In this document: positions 25,570 to 36,000 of the stretch, piece by piece
How positions within the stretch are numbered: the stretch's first letter is position 1
Layout: each line of letters opens with the position of its first letter
From: an uncultured virus (IMG/VR IMGVR_UViG_3300031759_000004)
Lineage: Duplodnaviria > Heunggongvirae > Uroviricota > Caudoviricetes
IMG/VR virus record: IMGVR_UViG_3300031759_000004
Span: 1-64,000 of that record
Reading direction: 5' to 3' (one strand)
Length of the DNA stretch: 64,000 bases
Made by a program: the position numbers and the translations under genes
The notes under the pieces: generated by a model
The model's database searches: none
What the model was told of the DNA's origin: nothing
Seen by the model: the letters and a program-made list of their open reading frames with translations, nothing else

Positions 25570-27948
25570 ATGGCGAGCCAAACGCTCCAGTATCTTAAAC
25601 TCGACTACCAGAGCCAGAAAGACGCGATGCTACAACGCATTCGCGACCGCTGGCCCCAGCGCTGGAACGATTTCCTGGCCAATAGTTTTGGCATTGTTCT
25701 TGTAGACATTGTCGCCTGGGCGCTGGCGACGCTGGCTTTCACCGTCAACCGGGTGGCGGGTGAAAATTTCATCCCGACCATGACGCTGCGGGAGTCCGCC
25801 GTTCGCGTGGGCGCGCTGACGGGCTACGAGCTGCGCGGGCCGGTTCCGGCCACCCTCTCCTGCGAAGCCGCCATCAGCACGGCGTTCGACCGCAGCACCG
25901 GCCCTGACGTGGTCATCGCCCAGGGCACCTTGATCCGCAGCTCCGACACCAGCGCGCTGCCTTACGAGGTGGTGCAAGACTACACGATCATGCACGGCTA
26001 CGTCACGCCCCGGACCCTGGTGGCGGTGTTTTCGCCGATCCTGAGCGGCACCAACGTGATCAACACCTTCATGGTGCTGACCAACGGGTCGTCCCTGGCG
26101 ACGCCGGTGGACTCCACCATCGACCTGTCGGCGTACCTCAGCGTCGGCCAGGACCTGATCCAGATCGGGGTCGACGACACGGTGGAGAGCAACTACTACA
26201 ATATCACCAACCTGAACGCGGCCCCGGGGGCGGTGTCGGCGTACAGTCAAATTGTCCTGAACACCCCCTGGGCTGGAACCACCGGGCGCTACCAGGTTAA
26301 TGTATACGAACGTCGGATACAAGTGATTCAGGGACAAACCGTGACGGACCAGTTTGTCGCGCCGATCAACACAACCGGCTACTCGGTCATGCTCAGCCAG
26401 ACGCCGGTGATTTTCGGCAGCATCCAGGTGACGGTTAACGGCGAGCCGTGGACGCAGGCTCCCACCATTGGAATTTTGAACGACCTGGCGACCGTGTTCC
26501 AGGCCAAGACCTATGTCACGGGCGACACTTCCGTGCAATTTGGCGACGGCATCTTCGGCGCGTTGGTGCCGTCCGAGGCGGCCATCAGCGTAACGTACCG
26601 GGTGGGTGGCGGCTCCGCCGGAAACATCGGTTTGAACACTATCAGCACCACAATCACCGGGCTGGTGGAAACGATTTCCAGCCCGATCACCGTGCAAGTG
26701 ACCAACACAACCTCGGTCGGCCAGGGCGGCCAGGACGCTGAGACTTTGAACCAGGCTCGGGTGAACATCCCCTACTACACCCGGACCAACGACCGGGCCG
26801 TGACGCTGGACGACTACCAGACCATCGCACAGCAGTACAGCAACGCTCAGTACGGGTCGGTGGCCTACGCGCGGTCGACTGTGCGGACGGAAAACGCGCT
26901 CCTGGAGGGCAACATCGTTTCGATCTATGCCTGGACCACCGGCCCGGGCGGCGGCTTGATTCCGCTAGGCGGCCAGCTCAAAGGGGCGGTGCGCGATTAC
27001 ATGCAGACCAAAGCCGTGGGCACGGACTACGTGCAGATGCTGGACGGGACTTCCAGGCCCGTGCCGATCAGCTTGCAGTTCGCCGTGCTGCCCGGCTTCA
27101 GCATTTCGGACATCAAGAGCCTGGTGGTCCAGACCATTGCCAGCCAGATCACGGCGTTGCGCCCGGGCGATCCTGTGATTTATTCGGACCTGGTCTCCGC
27201 CCTGGTTAACACTGCCGGGGTGGACAACCTGGTGATGGCCACGCCGATCAATAACCTGTACCCCGCAGACGCCACGGAGCTGTTTACGGTGCCCGACGAC
27301 ACGTACGTGTATACGCTGGACACCAGCAGTGCCGGAGCCGTGACGGCGGCGGACGGAGCAGCCAGTCAGTACAGTGTACAGCTACCCATGTATCCGTTGC
27401 AGCCGTGGTCGCTGACGCTCATGCTGGGCGTGAACAGTCTGTCCCTGCTGCCCTTCCTGTCGCAGGATTCCAGCGGGCGGGTCCAGGTGCAACAGGCGCG
27501 GGTGGTGGGGGCCAACATCAGCACGGACGACAGCTACCCGTCCACGATCAACCTACTGACCGGCCAGGCTACTTTCTACGTGCTGGGTGCGCCGGGCGAC
27601 CTGACCATGGAGCTGGTGACGGCGGTGGGCTATTCGGCGGAGCGGGTGGTCAACCTGTACATCGGCTACCAGGGCGATCTGTCTCAGGCCGCTCGCCGCC
27701 AGATTCGGTCAGCGCTCTTGTCCTGGGGCCAGGGTTTCGGTGTGGGCAGCTCCATCTACGCGGCCCGCGCGACGGGCATTTCAGCCTCGGTGGTCAGCGT
27801 CAGCGACATGGTGGCCAGCATTCCCGGCGTGACTTCTGTGAACCGGGTGGCGCTGGATACGCCCGCCAATACCGACAACCTGGTCACGGCGGCTGACTAC
27901 GAACTGCTGCGCCTCGGGACTGTGGTGCTGAACAATCAACTTGACTGA
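25570..27948 (+). CDS. Baseplate wedge protein (T4 gp6/baseplate-J-like)
   Basis: LDYQSQK...WNDF, VQFGDGIFG, YRVGGGSAGN, DRAVTLDDY motifs. Confidence 0.9.
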   Translation: MASQTLQYLKLDYQSQKDAMLQRIRDRWPQRWNDFLANSFGIVLVDIVAWALATLAFTVNRVAGENFIPTMTLRESAVRVGALTGYELRGPVPATLSCEAAISTAFDRSTGPDVVIAQGTLIRSSDTSALPYEVVQDYTIMHGYVTPRTLVAVFSPILSGTNVINTFMVLTNGSSLATPVDSTIDLSAYLSVGQDLIQIGVDDTVESNYYNITNLNAAPGAVSAYSQIVLNTPWAGTTGRYQVNVYERRIQVIQGQTVTDQFVAPINTTGYSVMLSQTPVIFGSIQVTVNGEPWTQAPTIGILNDLATVFQAKTYVTGDTSVQFGDGIFGALVPSEAAISVTYRVGGGSAGNIGLNTISTTITGLVETISSPITVQVTNTTSVGQGGQDAETLNQARVNIPYYTRTNDRAVTLDDYQTIAQQYSNAQYGSVAYARSTVRTENALLEGNIVSIYAWTTGPGGGLIPLGGQLKGAVRDYMQTKAVGTDYVQMLDGTSRPVPISLQFAVLPGFSISDIKSLVVQTIASQITALRPGDPVIYSDLVSALVNTAGVDNLVMATPINNLYPADATELFTVPDDTYVYTLDTSSAGAVTAADGAASQYSVQLPMYPLQPWSLTLMLGVNSLSLLPFLSQDSSGRVQVQQARVVGANISTDDSYPSTINLLTGQATFYVLGAPGDLTMELVTAVGYSAERVVNLYIGYQGDLSQAARRQIRSALLSWGQGFGVGSSIYAARATGISASVVSVSDMVASIPGVTSVNRVALDTPANTDNLVTAADYELLRLGTVVLNNQLD

Positions 27949-28262
27949 TGAACGCCAAACAAACCGTAGCCGCCCTGCTGGAAGCCGCCAACCCGGATGA
28001 CATTGATCCGACGCGGGAGGCGGCGCGCTACACGCAGACAATGGCCTTCGACAAAGGCATTGCCGACATAATGCGCGACGCCCGGCAGCTTTATCTCTCG
28101 CTGGAAAAGGACGGCACGCTGGCCACGCTGTTGAAAGAGGGAGACTACGACGAAAGTTCAGTCGCCCAGGCGATCATGTGGCGGGCGATTGAACGACGCA
28201 GCGCTCCCGGTGCGGCGCGGGCGCTTAAGCGACTCAAGCGCCTTTGTCCCTACAACTTCTGA
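27948..28262 (+). CDS. Tagged hypothetical protein (MNAKQTVAALLEAANPDDIDP)
   Basis: N-terminal tag; coupled to the baseplate gene. Confidence 0.7.
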   Translation: MNAKQTVAALLEAANPDDIDPTREAARYTQTMAFDKGIADIMRDARQLYLSLEKDGTLATLLKEGDYDESSVAQAIMWRAIERRSAPGAARALKRLKRLCPYNF

Positions 28263-28945
28263 TCGTGGTTGGCCAGGAGGGCGTCACCGCCGCAGTTGGC
28301 CAGCAGCTTCCAGCCTGGCAGCGCTTTGAGGATGTCAACCAGGGCGCTGGAATCTTTGTAAAACGTGCCGCTGTCGTACTCCGTCCATAGCAGCTTGGTC
28401 TTGGGCAGCATTTTCTGCGCGCCCTCAAAGACCAGGCGTTCCGCCCCTTGGACGTCCATCCAGATGAAGTCGATGTGGTCGAGCTGATGGAGCGCGCAGA
28501 AGTCGTCCATGCGCCAACAAGCCACCGGCACTTGAGCCTGCTCCTTGAGCCAGGGCCAGTTTTCCGTCAGCACCGGCGTGAACTCGCTGAGCGAAGAACT
28601 GCCGGTGGCTCCGCCCGGTTCCGGCGTAGACAAGTGAAAGGGAACGGTCCCGGTGACGTTGCCGACCGCAGCGGCGGTAAATGTGATGTACTGGTCCAGC
28701 CGCTGGCCGGTGATCTTGTTCAGGTTGCGCGGGTCCGGCTCAAACCCGAAGTAGCGCGGCTGGCTGCGGCACATGGACAGCAGCATTTTGGTGTGGTAAC
28801 CGTCGCACATGCCCAGCTCAAAGATGACCGGATTTTGGATGTTGCTCAGGTGCCCGTGGATCAGCAGATAGGCTTTTTCCAGCGAGTCGTACGCGGGCGC
28901 GTCAGTTCCATGTGGAACATTGGCGGAAGCTTCAGGGGTTTCCAT
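28250..28945 (-). CDS. FkbM-family methyltransferase
   Basis: IFELGMCDG, GFEPDP, IWMDVQGAE. Confidence 0.85.
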   Translation of the reverse strand: METPEASANVPHGTDAPAYDSLEKAYLLIHGHLSNIQNPVIFELGMCDGYHTKMLLSMCRSQPRYFGFEPDPRNLNKITGQRLDQYITFTAAAVGNVTGTVPFHLSTPEPGGATGSSSLSEFTPVLTENWPWLKEQAQVPVACWRMDDFCALHQLDHIDFIWMDVQGAERLVFEGAQKMLPKTKLLWTEYDSGTFYKDSSALVDILKALPGWKLLANCGGDALLANHDQKL

Positions 28946-28946
28946 A

Positions 28947-29540
28947 TCAACGGGCCATGATCAGGTTTTCCGCGTTGAGGTCGACCAGGCGGAAGTCATA
29001 AGGGTTCAGCACGTTGAGCATGTGTTCGACGTTCCGGTCGTGCTCGACACAGACCAGCTTCAACTGCTTCAACAGGGGCCATGGCATGGCGTTGAAGAGG
29101 TCGAGGTTGGTGCTTTCCACGTCGATGTTTACAAAATTAAAGTCGTAGCCGTAGGCGTCCAGCAGGGCTTGCAGCGGCATGGTGTAAACACTGAACGGGG
29201 TGAAGCGCACGCCGGAGCCGGACTCCCAGCGCTTTACATGGTCCAGGCTGGTGGAGGACACGCCGTCGCCGTTGCTGTCGTACCAGGTGACCAGCTGGCT
29301 GGGACCGGCGCTGACGGGTGCGTTGACCAGCGCGATCTTGGAGTTGTGCCGGTGCAGTTCCAGCAGCTTCGGAAACACCACCGGGCTGGCCTCGACGCAA
29401 ACGCCGCTCCAGCCCTGCTCCACCAGGCGGAGCGTGTTGCTGAAGGTTTTGCCGTCATGCGCGCCGATCTCCAGGAAGCGGCCCACGAAGCCGCTGAAAT
29501 GCTTGCCGATGACGGCCTCTTCGTTGTTTTGCGAATACAT
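28947..29540 (-). CDS. FkbM-family methyltransferase
   Basis: YSQ, FLEIGAHDG...SNT, GWSGVCVEA, IDVE. Confidence 0.85.
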   Translation of the reverse strand: MYSQNNEEAVIGKHFSGFVGRFLEIGAHDGKTFSNTLRLVEQGWSGVCVEASPVVFPKLLELHRHNSKIALVNAPVSAGPSQLVTWYDSNGDGVSSTSLDHVKRWESGSGVRFTPFSVYTMPLQALLDAYGYDFNFVNIDVESTNLDLFNAMPWPLLKQLKLVCVEHDRNVEHMLNVLNPYDFRLVDLNAENLIMAR

Positions 29541-29575
29541 GGTGAGAAGAACAGAACCTTTATTAAAATTTTATG

Positions 29576-29604
29576 TTGACTACGGGCCGGTCCCGGACTA
29601 AGGT
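29576..29604 (+). promoter_or_regulatory. Sigma70-like promoter TTGACT-17-TAAGGT
   Basis: ATG 6 nt after the -10 box; AT-rich upstream tract. Confidence 0.75.
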
Positions 29605-29610
29605 CCTGGC

Positions 29611-30465
29611 ATGAACGTAGACAAATTCAAAAAACTGCTGGCCGTGCCCACCTGTTCGGGCCGGGAAGAAGCCATGGTGGCCTACCTGCTGAACCACTTC
29701 CAGTCACGGCCTAACGTGCATGCGGTCGCGGACCGGCACAACAACGTGCTGGTCATCAAGGGCATGACCTGCCAGCCATTACCCTGTGTGGCGGCGCATA
29801 TCGACACCGTGCAACCCATCTGGGCTGAAGGTGTGATTCAGGTCGTTGAAAACGGCAACGTGATTCACGGCAGCATTTACGACGGCATCTCCGCCGGGCT
29901 GGGCGCGGACGACAAGACGGGCATCCAGGTCTGCCTGGAGCTGCTGGACCGGTTTGACAACATAGCCTTAGCCCTGTTCAGCGGCGAAGAGGTCGGCATG
30001 CAGGGCGCGCAAAAGGCGGACGCGGATTTCTTCAGCAAGATCGGGTACATGATCGAGTTCGACTGCCCCAGCCGCAACATGGTGTCGTATAGCTGCGGCG
30101 GCACCCGCTTGTTCGAGGATGACGCACCTTTTATCAGCCAGGCGCTACCGGTGTTGCAAAAGCACGGTTCCGTGCTCTGGCAGAACCATCCGTATACGGA
30201 CGTCAAGATGGTGCGGCAGCGCTTTCCCATCTCCTGTTTGAACCTGTCGAGCGGTTACTACAACTGGCACATGCCCAACGAGTTCATCAAAATTTCCGAA
30301 GTGGAAATGGCGGTGGAACTGGGCGCTGACTTGGTGCGCGAACTAGGCACCAACGCCTACCCGTGTCAGCGGTCGCTGCTGGAAAGCAAACCGGCCCTTG
30401 AGATCGGGCCGTTGCACGTGCCCAGCGCCAACGTGCGCATTCAGTCAGCCTGCGCCGCCTCGTAG
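29611..30465 (+). CDS. M20/M28-family zinc metallopeptidase
   Basis: AHIDTV, GADDK, GEEVG, C-terminal His. Confidence 0.85.
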   Translation: MNVDKFKKLLAVPTCSGREEAMVAYLLNHFQSRPNVHAVADRHNNVLVIKGMTCQPLPCVAAHIDTVQPIWAEGVIQVVENGNVIHGSIYDGISAGLGADDKTGIQVCLELLDRFDNIALALFSGEEVGMQGAQKADADFFSKIGYMIEFDCPSRNMVSYSCGGTRLFEDDAPFISQALPVLQKHGSVLWQNHPYTDVKMVRQRFPISCLNLSSGYYNWHMPNEFIKISEVEMAVELGADLVRELGTNAYPCQRSLLESKPALEIGPLHVPSANVRIQSACAAS

Positions 30466-31841
30466 TCCTTGGAGGCGCGGGACTTGATGTTCCGCCGGTA
30501 CTTTTGATTTTCCTTCTCGGAATCTTCCGGGTTGTACTCGATGACTTTGTCGATGGTCATGCGCATCAGCTTGGGGTCGACCTTGCCCTCGAAGTGCTGG
30601 GAGTCGGGGCCGTGCCGGTTCAAAAAGACGAAGTAGCGGATGCGGTTGTGCAAGTGCTCCTCCGGCGTGGAGCACAGGCCGATGGCAATGTCGACGACAC
30701 CGGCTTTCTCGAACGATCCCTGGAACGACTTCATGCTCGGCACTTTCTGGTCCACCGTGTCCTTGTTGCACCGGTCGGGCATGATGACGCAACATTCCAG
30801 CTCGCAGGCCATGGCTCGCGCCTGAACGTAGATGTCCGCCTGCTGCCGCCAGTCCGGGGTGTCCTTGCGCACCGCCATGGGCTTCACGGTTTCCGCGTAG
30901 TCCACGATGATGGCTTTGGGTTTCAGCCCGTGGATGGACATGACCTGCTTGGCGTGGCTCTTGATCTCGCCAATGGTGACGGACTTGGAGGCGAACCCTT
31001 TGAACCAGACGTTGTTGAACATTTTCATCTTCAGCGCCGCCGCCACCTTCTGCTTGTATTTTTCCGGCGCGTCCCAGATTTGCTCCTGGGTGTACCCGCT
31101 CATGTTGTAGATGGCGCGCATCATGGCCAGCTCCTGGCTGATCTCGCAGGCGTAGTAGAGCACGTCGCCGCCGCCGTGGCCGGACATGTTCATGGCCAGG
31201 TTGATGCAAAAGGCCGATTTGTAGCGCTTGGGCGGAGCCAGCGGCACCACCAGCCAGCCGGGGGCCAGGCCGAATTTCCAGATCGCGTCCAGGTGGGCGA
31301 AGCCGGTGTGGATGCCGTAGTTGCGTTCGGTCGCCTTGTCGATGGCCTTGTCGTAATCGTGGTAGAGCGACCAGCCCATGTCGTTGTAATTGGTGCCCAA
31401 CGCCAGGGCCTTTTCCATCATCTCGACGGCGTTGATCTTGTCCATCTTGCCTGCGGTCTGGTGCTCGTGGATCACCTTCAGGCCCTCGAAGACCGCGCGC
31501 TCCTTGGCGAAGTCGATGCACAGGTCCAGGACCGGCTTCCAGTCCGACGTGTCTACATTGGCGAGCTGGTTGACATATTTCAGCACGCTCTCCGCGTGCA
31601 ACTTGTCCAGGCGGGCGGCGTGCTGAAATGCGAGGTTGCCCAGGACGGAGAAGTTCGGGTACTTGCCGTACTTGGTGTAAAACTCCACCACCCGGTGGAC
31701 CACTTCCACGGCAATCGGGCCGTTGAAGAAACCGGGCTGGATCACCTGGCCAAAGCCAAAAAACTGCTCTGGATGCGTGATTAGACAGGCCAGGATCATG
31801 TCCTGGAAATCGTCCGTGAAGTTGTAGCTTTCGACGTTCAT
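30441..31841 (-). CDS. DnaB-like replicative helicase with an atypical P-loop
   Basis: GIHTGF..LD, LAPPKRYKS, YYACE, IIVDYA. Confidence 0.8.
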   Translation of the reverse strand: MNVESYNFTDDFQDMILACLITHPEQFFGFGQVIQPGFFNGPIAVEVVHRVVEFYTKYGKYPNFSVLGNLAFQHAARLDKLHAESVLKYVNQLANVDTSDWKPVLDLCIDFAKERAVFEGLKVIHEHQTAGKMDKINAVEMMEKALALGTNYNDMGWSLYHDYDKAIDKATERNYGIHTGFAHLDAIWKFGLAPGWLVVPLAPPKRYKSAFCINLAMNMSGHGGGDVLYYACEISQELAMMRAIYNMSGYTQEQIWDAPEKYKQKVAAALKMKMFNNVWFKGFASKSVTIGEIKSHAKQVMSIHGLKPKAIIVDYAETVKPMAVRKDTPDWRQQADIYVQARAMACELECCVIMPDRCNKDTVDQKVPSMKSFQGSFEKAGVVDIAIGLCSTPEEHLHNRIRYFVFLNRHGPDSQHFEGKVDPKLMRMTIDKVIEYNPEDSEKENQKYRRNIKSRASKDYEAAQAD

Positions 31842-31874
31842 TTTCGTGAGCTAGCTAGAACAGCATCACCCGCG

Positions 31875-33008
31875 CTATACGTCAAACTGCGAAAGGTCAG
31901 GTTTTGCCGTGGTGTTTACGGCGCGGCTTACCGGGCGGCTGAAGACGCTGGGTTCACCTTCCAGGTACTGGTGGCACTGGTAATGTTGGATGGCGCGGCC
32001 CAGTTGGTTCCACAGTTCCAGGGCGCTAAGGACGGGCCGGTTCTCGATTAAAAAATCGTCGGGCCGGTAATGGGCGGTGGCCAGCACCCGGCTGACCGCC
32101 TCGGGCATGATGCGCTGGCGCATCACCCATAGCCGCCGAAAGTCGGTCGGGTTGCGCGCCAGCTGCCGCTGTACCTGGTTGACGCTGAACCGGTGCTGTA
32201 GCTGAACCTCGGTGCCCTCGCGCTTGACCCCGTCAGGCAGGAGATAACTGCGGTAGGTGGGTTCGAGCGCCAGCCAGTAGGGGTCCAGCTGCAACTCCTC
32301 CTGGGCGTACAGGGCCTCGTAGGGCGGGCCGCCGTGGCTGGTCTTGTAGGCCACGATGAAGCTGCCCGCCGTCACCTCGCTGGTCAGCATGTTACTCTCC
32401 ACCTCGGAACGCTCGTAGTCCGTGTCGGCCAATGTAGACAGAGAGGACAACGAGAAGGTGCCGAAATTTTTGCGGCAGAGCTTGGCGTAGGCTTCGCAGC
32501 GGCTGACCGCCAGCTTGGAAGTCAGGTGCTTGACCTTGAACTTGTGGGCGATGGCGCGGTCGGTGTGGTCGATCACCGATTCCTCGGACACCTGGTGGCC
32601 CACCATGTTGGCCAGGAAAAACATGCGCAGCGAGCAGTTGGACTTGGTCGCGTTGGCCAGGATTTGCTTGCGGTACAGGCTGATGCCGGACTTGTCCTGG
32701 GGCTTTTGCAGGAACACGCTGAAGAAGCAGTCCACGTAGAGCCGCTCCATGTAGGGGGCCTCGGGGTCGATGGCGGTCAGCTCCCGCGCGGCTTCGCGCT
32801 TGGCCATGGCCTCGGGCAGGATGTTGAAGCGTATACGGTCCAGCGGCAGCTTGCTGGCCCGGCTGCCCATGTATTTCAGACATTCCGGCTCGTGCGTGCA
32901 GTTGCGACAGATCGGGTCTAGCGGATCGTGCTCCAGGCCAAAGCAGGGCAGCGGCGCAGTGATCGGCGTACGCTCCAGCTCGGTCATGTTCTTTAGTGGC
33001 GATGTCAC
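31875..33008 (-). CDS. Hypothetical protein upstream of the helicase, with an N-terminal Cys cluster
   Basis: CFG...CRNC...C; GTTCT 7 nt before the GTG start. Confidence 0.7.
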   Translation of the reverse strand: MTSPLKNMTELERTPITAPLPCFGLEHDPLDPICRNCTHEPECLKYMGSRASKLPLDRIRFNILPEAMAKREAARELTAIDPEAPYMERLYVDCFFSVFLQKPQDKSGISLYRKQILANATKSNCSLRMFFLANMVGHQVSEESVIDHTDRAIAHKFKVKHLTSKLAVSRCEAYAKLCRKNFGTFSLSSLSTLADTDYERSEVESNMLTSEVTAGSFIVAYKTSHGGPPYEALYAQEELQLDPYWLALEPTYRSYLLPDGVKREGTEVQLQHRFSVNQVQRQLARNPTDFRRLWVMRQRIMPEAVSRVLATAHYRPDDFLIENRPVLSALELWNQLGRAIQHYQCHQYLEGEPSVFSRPVSRAVNTTAKPDLSQFDV

Positions 33009-36000
33009 GCGAGATAGAACAGCAGACCGATGCCGTCGAAACCAAACCGGAGCGCAAGCCCGCGAAGCCGCGCAAGCTGCGGATATTTCGCGACCTGGAC
33101 GGCAAGCCGCTGTACGCCAATGACAAGGGCTTCGCCAGCGCCAAGGAATACGGGCTGAGCAAGTTCGACCTGGACGTGCTGGTGTACTGGCACGGCGAGA
33201 AAAGGGTGGAGCTGCCCGGCTTGAAAAAGAGCACCCAGGCGCTGCTCACCCAGTTTGACCCGGACCAGCCGCTGCCGCAGCTGCGGCTGCGCCCCGGCCC
33301 CCAGTCGCCTATTTGTATACATTGCGACCTGTGCAGCCAGGGCTGCCGCCACCCGTTCCTGCCCAGCTCCGGCACCTTCAAGCCCCTGGTCACTGTGATC
33401 ATGGACGGCGTCGGCTTTGGTGAGGACGACCGGGGCGAGATCGCCACCAGCGGCGCGGCCAAGCGGCTGAAGGAGATTATCGAGGACAACGTGGCCAAAA
33501 CCGGAGTGCGCCCCGAGGAGGTGCGCTGGCTGGCCATGACCCGCTGCTCCAACCGGGGGTCCAAGAAGATCAATGTGAAGTCGCGCGGCCAATGGTGCCG
33601 CTACCACGTCATCGACGACTTGATCCGTTACCGCCCGCAGCTGATCATCCCGGTCGGCTCCAACACCCTGGGGCTGATGTCGCACAAGTCCAACGCCCAG
33701 GAGTGGAGCGGTCGCCTGCTGACCTACCGGGGCTGGCCGGACGATTTCCTGACCGATCCGCGCTACGCGCTGCCGCGTCCGGACCCGCGCGACCCGGCTA
33801 AGACCGTGGTTGGCCATCCCATTTTCGGCCAGATTCCCGACTGGCGCGTGCCCATGGTGCCAATCCAGCACCCGAAGCTTGTCTACAAAGACCAGAACCC
33901 GCTGCTGAACAAGCAGTACCGTAACAGCATCATCCGGGCGCTGACCATGGCCCGCGAGGGCGTGGAGGAGCCGAACTATCTGCGGCCCTGGTACCGGTTC
34001 ACAGACGATCCGGCGGTGGTGGAGGCCGGGCTGGACGAAATCCTGAAGCACCCCGGGATGCTGGTCTGTTACGACACGGAAACCACCGGGTTGCGCCCCT
34101 GGGAGACGGTGTGGCGCAAGATCAATGTGCCTGACTTCGCCCTGGGCGCGGTCCCGGAAAGTCGCAAGATGGTGCTGGAGCGGGGCAACGCCCGGATCGT
34201 CAGCATGATGTTCCGCTGGCTTGACCCGGAGACCAGCGAGCCGCGCTCCCTGGGCTTTCCCTGGGACACCGACCGGTGGGAAATGCACAAGCACATGGAC
34301 CGGCTGCGCAAGCCCCTCTGGAAGGTGCTGACCCAGTCCACGTTGATCGGCCACAACATCACGTTCGACATGCTGTTCAGCTGGGCCACGCTGAACCCTG
34401 AGTACACTTCCGGCGCGAAGAGCGGCTACGGTAATCGAAAAATCAACATGGAGCGGGACCGGGTGATGCGGGCGCTGGCCGACGCCTGTCGTTACGACAC
34501 CTGGCACATGGCGTTCGCCCACAAGCAGGAGCGCGGCAGCCTGGGCCTGGAGGTGCTGGCCTACAAGGAGGTGCCGGACCTGGCGGGCTACGAGGAGGAC
34601 ATGACCTTGATGATTGATCTGCACGGCGAGGACATGAATCCCGCTGACGGTCAAGGCGGCCACTACTTGAACTGCCCGAAGGATAAGACGGATAGCCACC
34701 TGGTGCCCTACATAATGGGTGACGTGGAAGTGGCCTACCGGGCGTACGAGCGGCTGAAAGAGAAGCTGGAGATTTCGCAGCGGTACGAGATTCCCATCGC
34801 GGACCCCGAGGCGCTGGGCCGCTTCCGCTATTACCAGCCGCAGGATCGCAACTGGGTCTACGAAAACATCATGAGTCCGGCGGCCCGGGTGCTGATGAAG
34901 ATGATGGCCCGGGGGCTGTACATTGACCAGGAGGCCCTGGCGGAGTTCAGCAACATCATGCCCAAGCAGATCGCCGAAGAGCGGGAAAACCTGGCGAAGA
35001 TCAGCGAGGCCATCCGCACCTACTGCTCGGACAAGCGCAACGACGATCCCAGCTGGAACCTGGACCTGGAAAACAAGACCCAGCTCAAGGAGCTGCTGTT
35101 CGACCGCCTGCGCCTGCCGGTGCTGCGCCTGACCAAGCAGGGCCGCCTTTATTACGCGACGACGTACGGCACGGACAACGTAGACGCCATCAAGCAGCGC
35201 ATGTTCAACTCGCACGCGCTGTCCACGGTGTCGCCCAGCGAGCGGGACCACTACGTCAACCAGGCGCTGGTGCCCTACGCCGCCGTAGACAAATTTACGC
35301 TCAACAAACTGACCGTGCAGTTTGAGCACCTGCGTCCCCTGCGCAACTACCGCAAGCTGTTCAAGCTGTACTCCACCTACATCCGCCCGCTGCAAAACAT
35401 CAAGACCGAGGTGGACAAGAAGGCGCGCAAGGCCGACGCCCACCTGTGTTTCGACGGCTGCATTCACGCCAGCTTCCTGATGACCGGCACGCGGGGTGGC
35501 CGCCTGTCGTGCAAGGACCCCAACCTGCAACAGCTGCCCCGGGACGGTGTGGTCAAGGCGCTGTTCACTTCCCGGTTTGGCGCGCGCGGGTGCGTGTTCA
35601 ACGCGGACTTGTCCCAGATCGAACTGCGGCTGCTGGCCGCCATCTCCGGCGACCCGACAATGGTCAAGGCGTACCACGACAACGTCGATTTGCACACGCT
35701 GACAGCCAGCCGCATTTTTGAAATGCAGTACGACGAATTCTCCAAGGAGCACATGAAAAAGCTCCAGGATTCGGGCAAGGACGACATCGCCAAGGAGTTG
35801 GACACCAAGCGGAATATCGCCAAGACCTGCAACTTTCTCACCGGTTACGGCGGCGGCGCGTTCGGCCTGCAAAATGTGCTGGCCATGAAAGACATCGACA
35901 AGCCGCTGGAAGAGTGCGAGCAAATCATTGAACTGTTTTTCGACAGCTACCCGTCGGTGCGCCGTCTGCTCAGCAACTACAAGAGCTTCATCGAGAAGGA

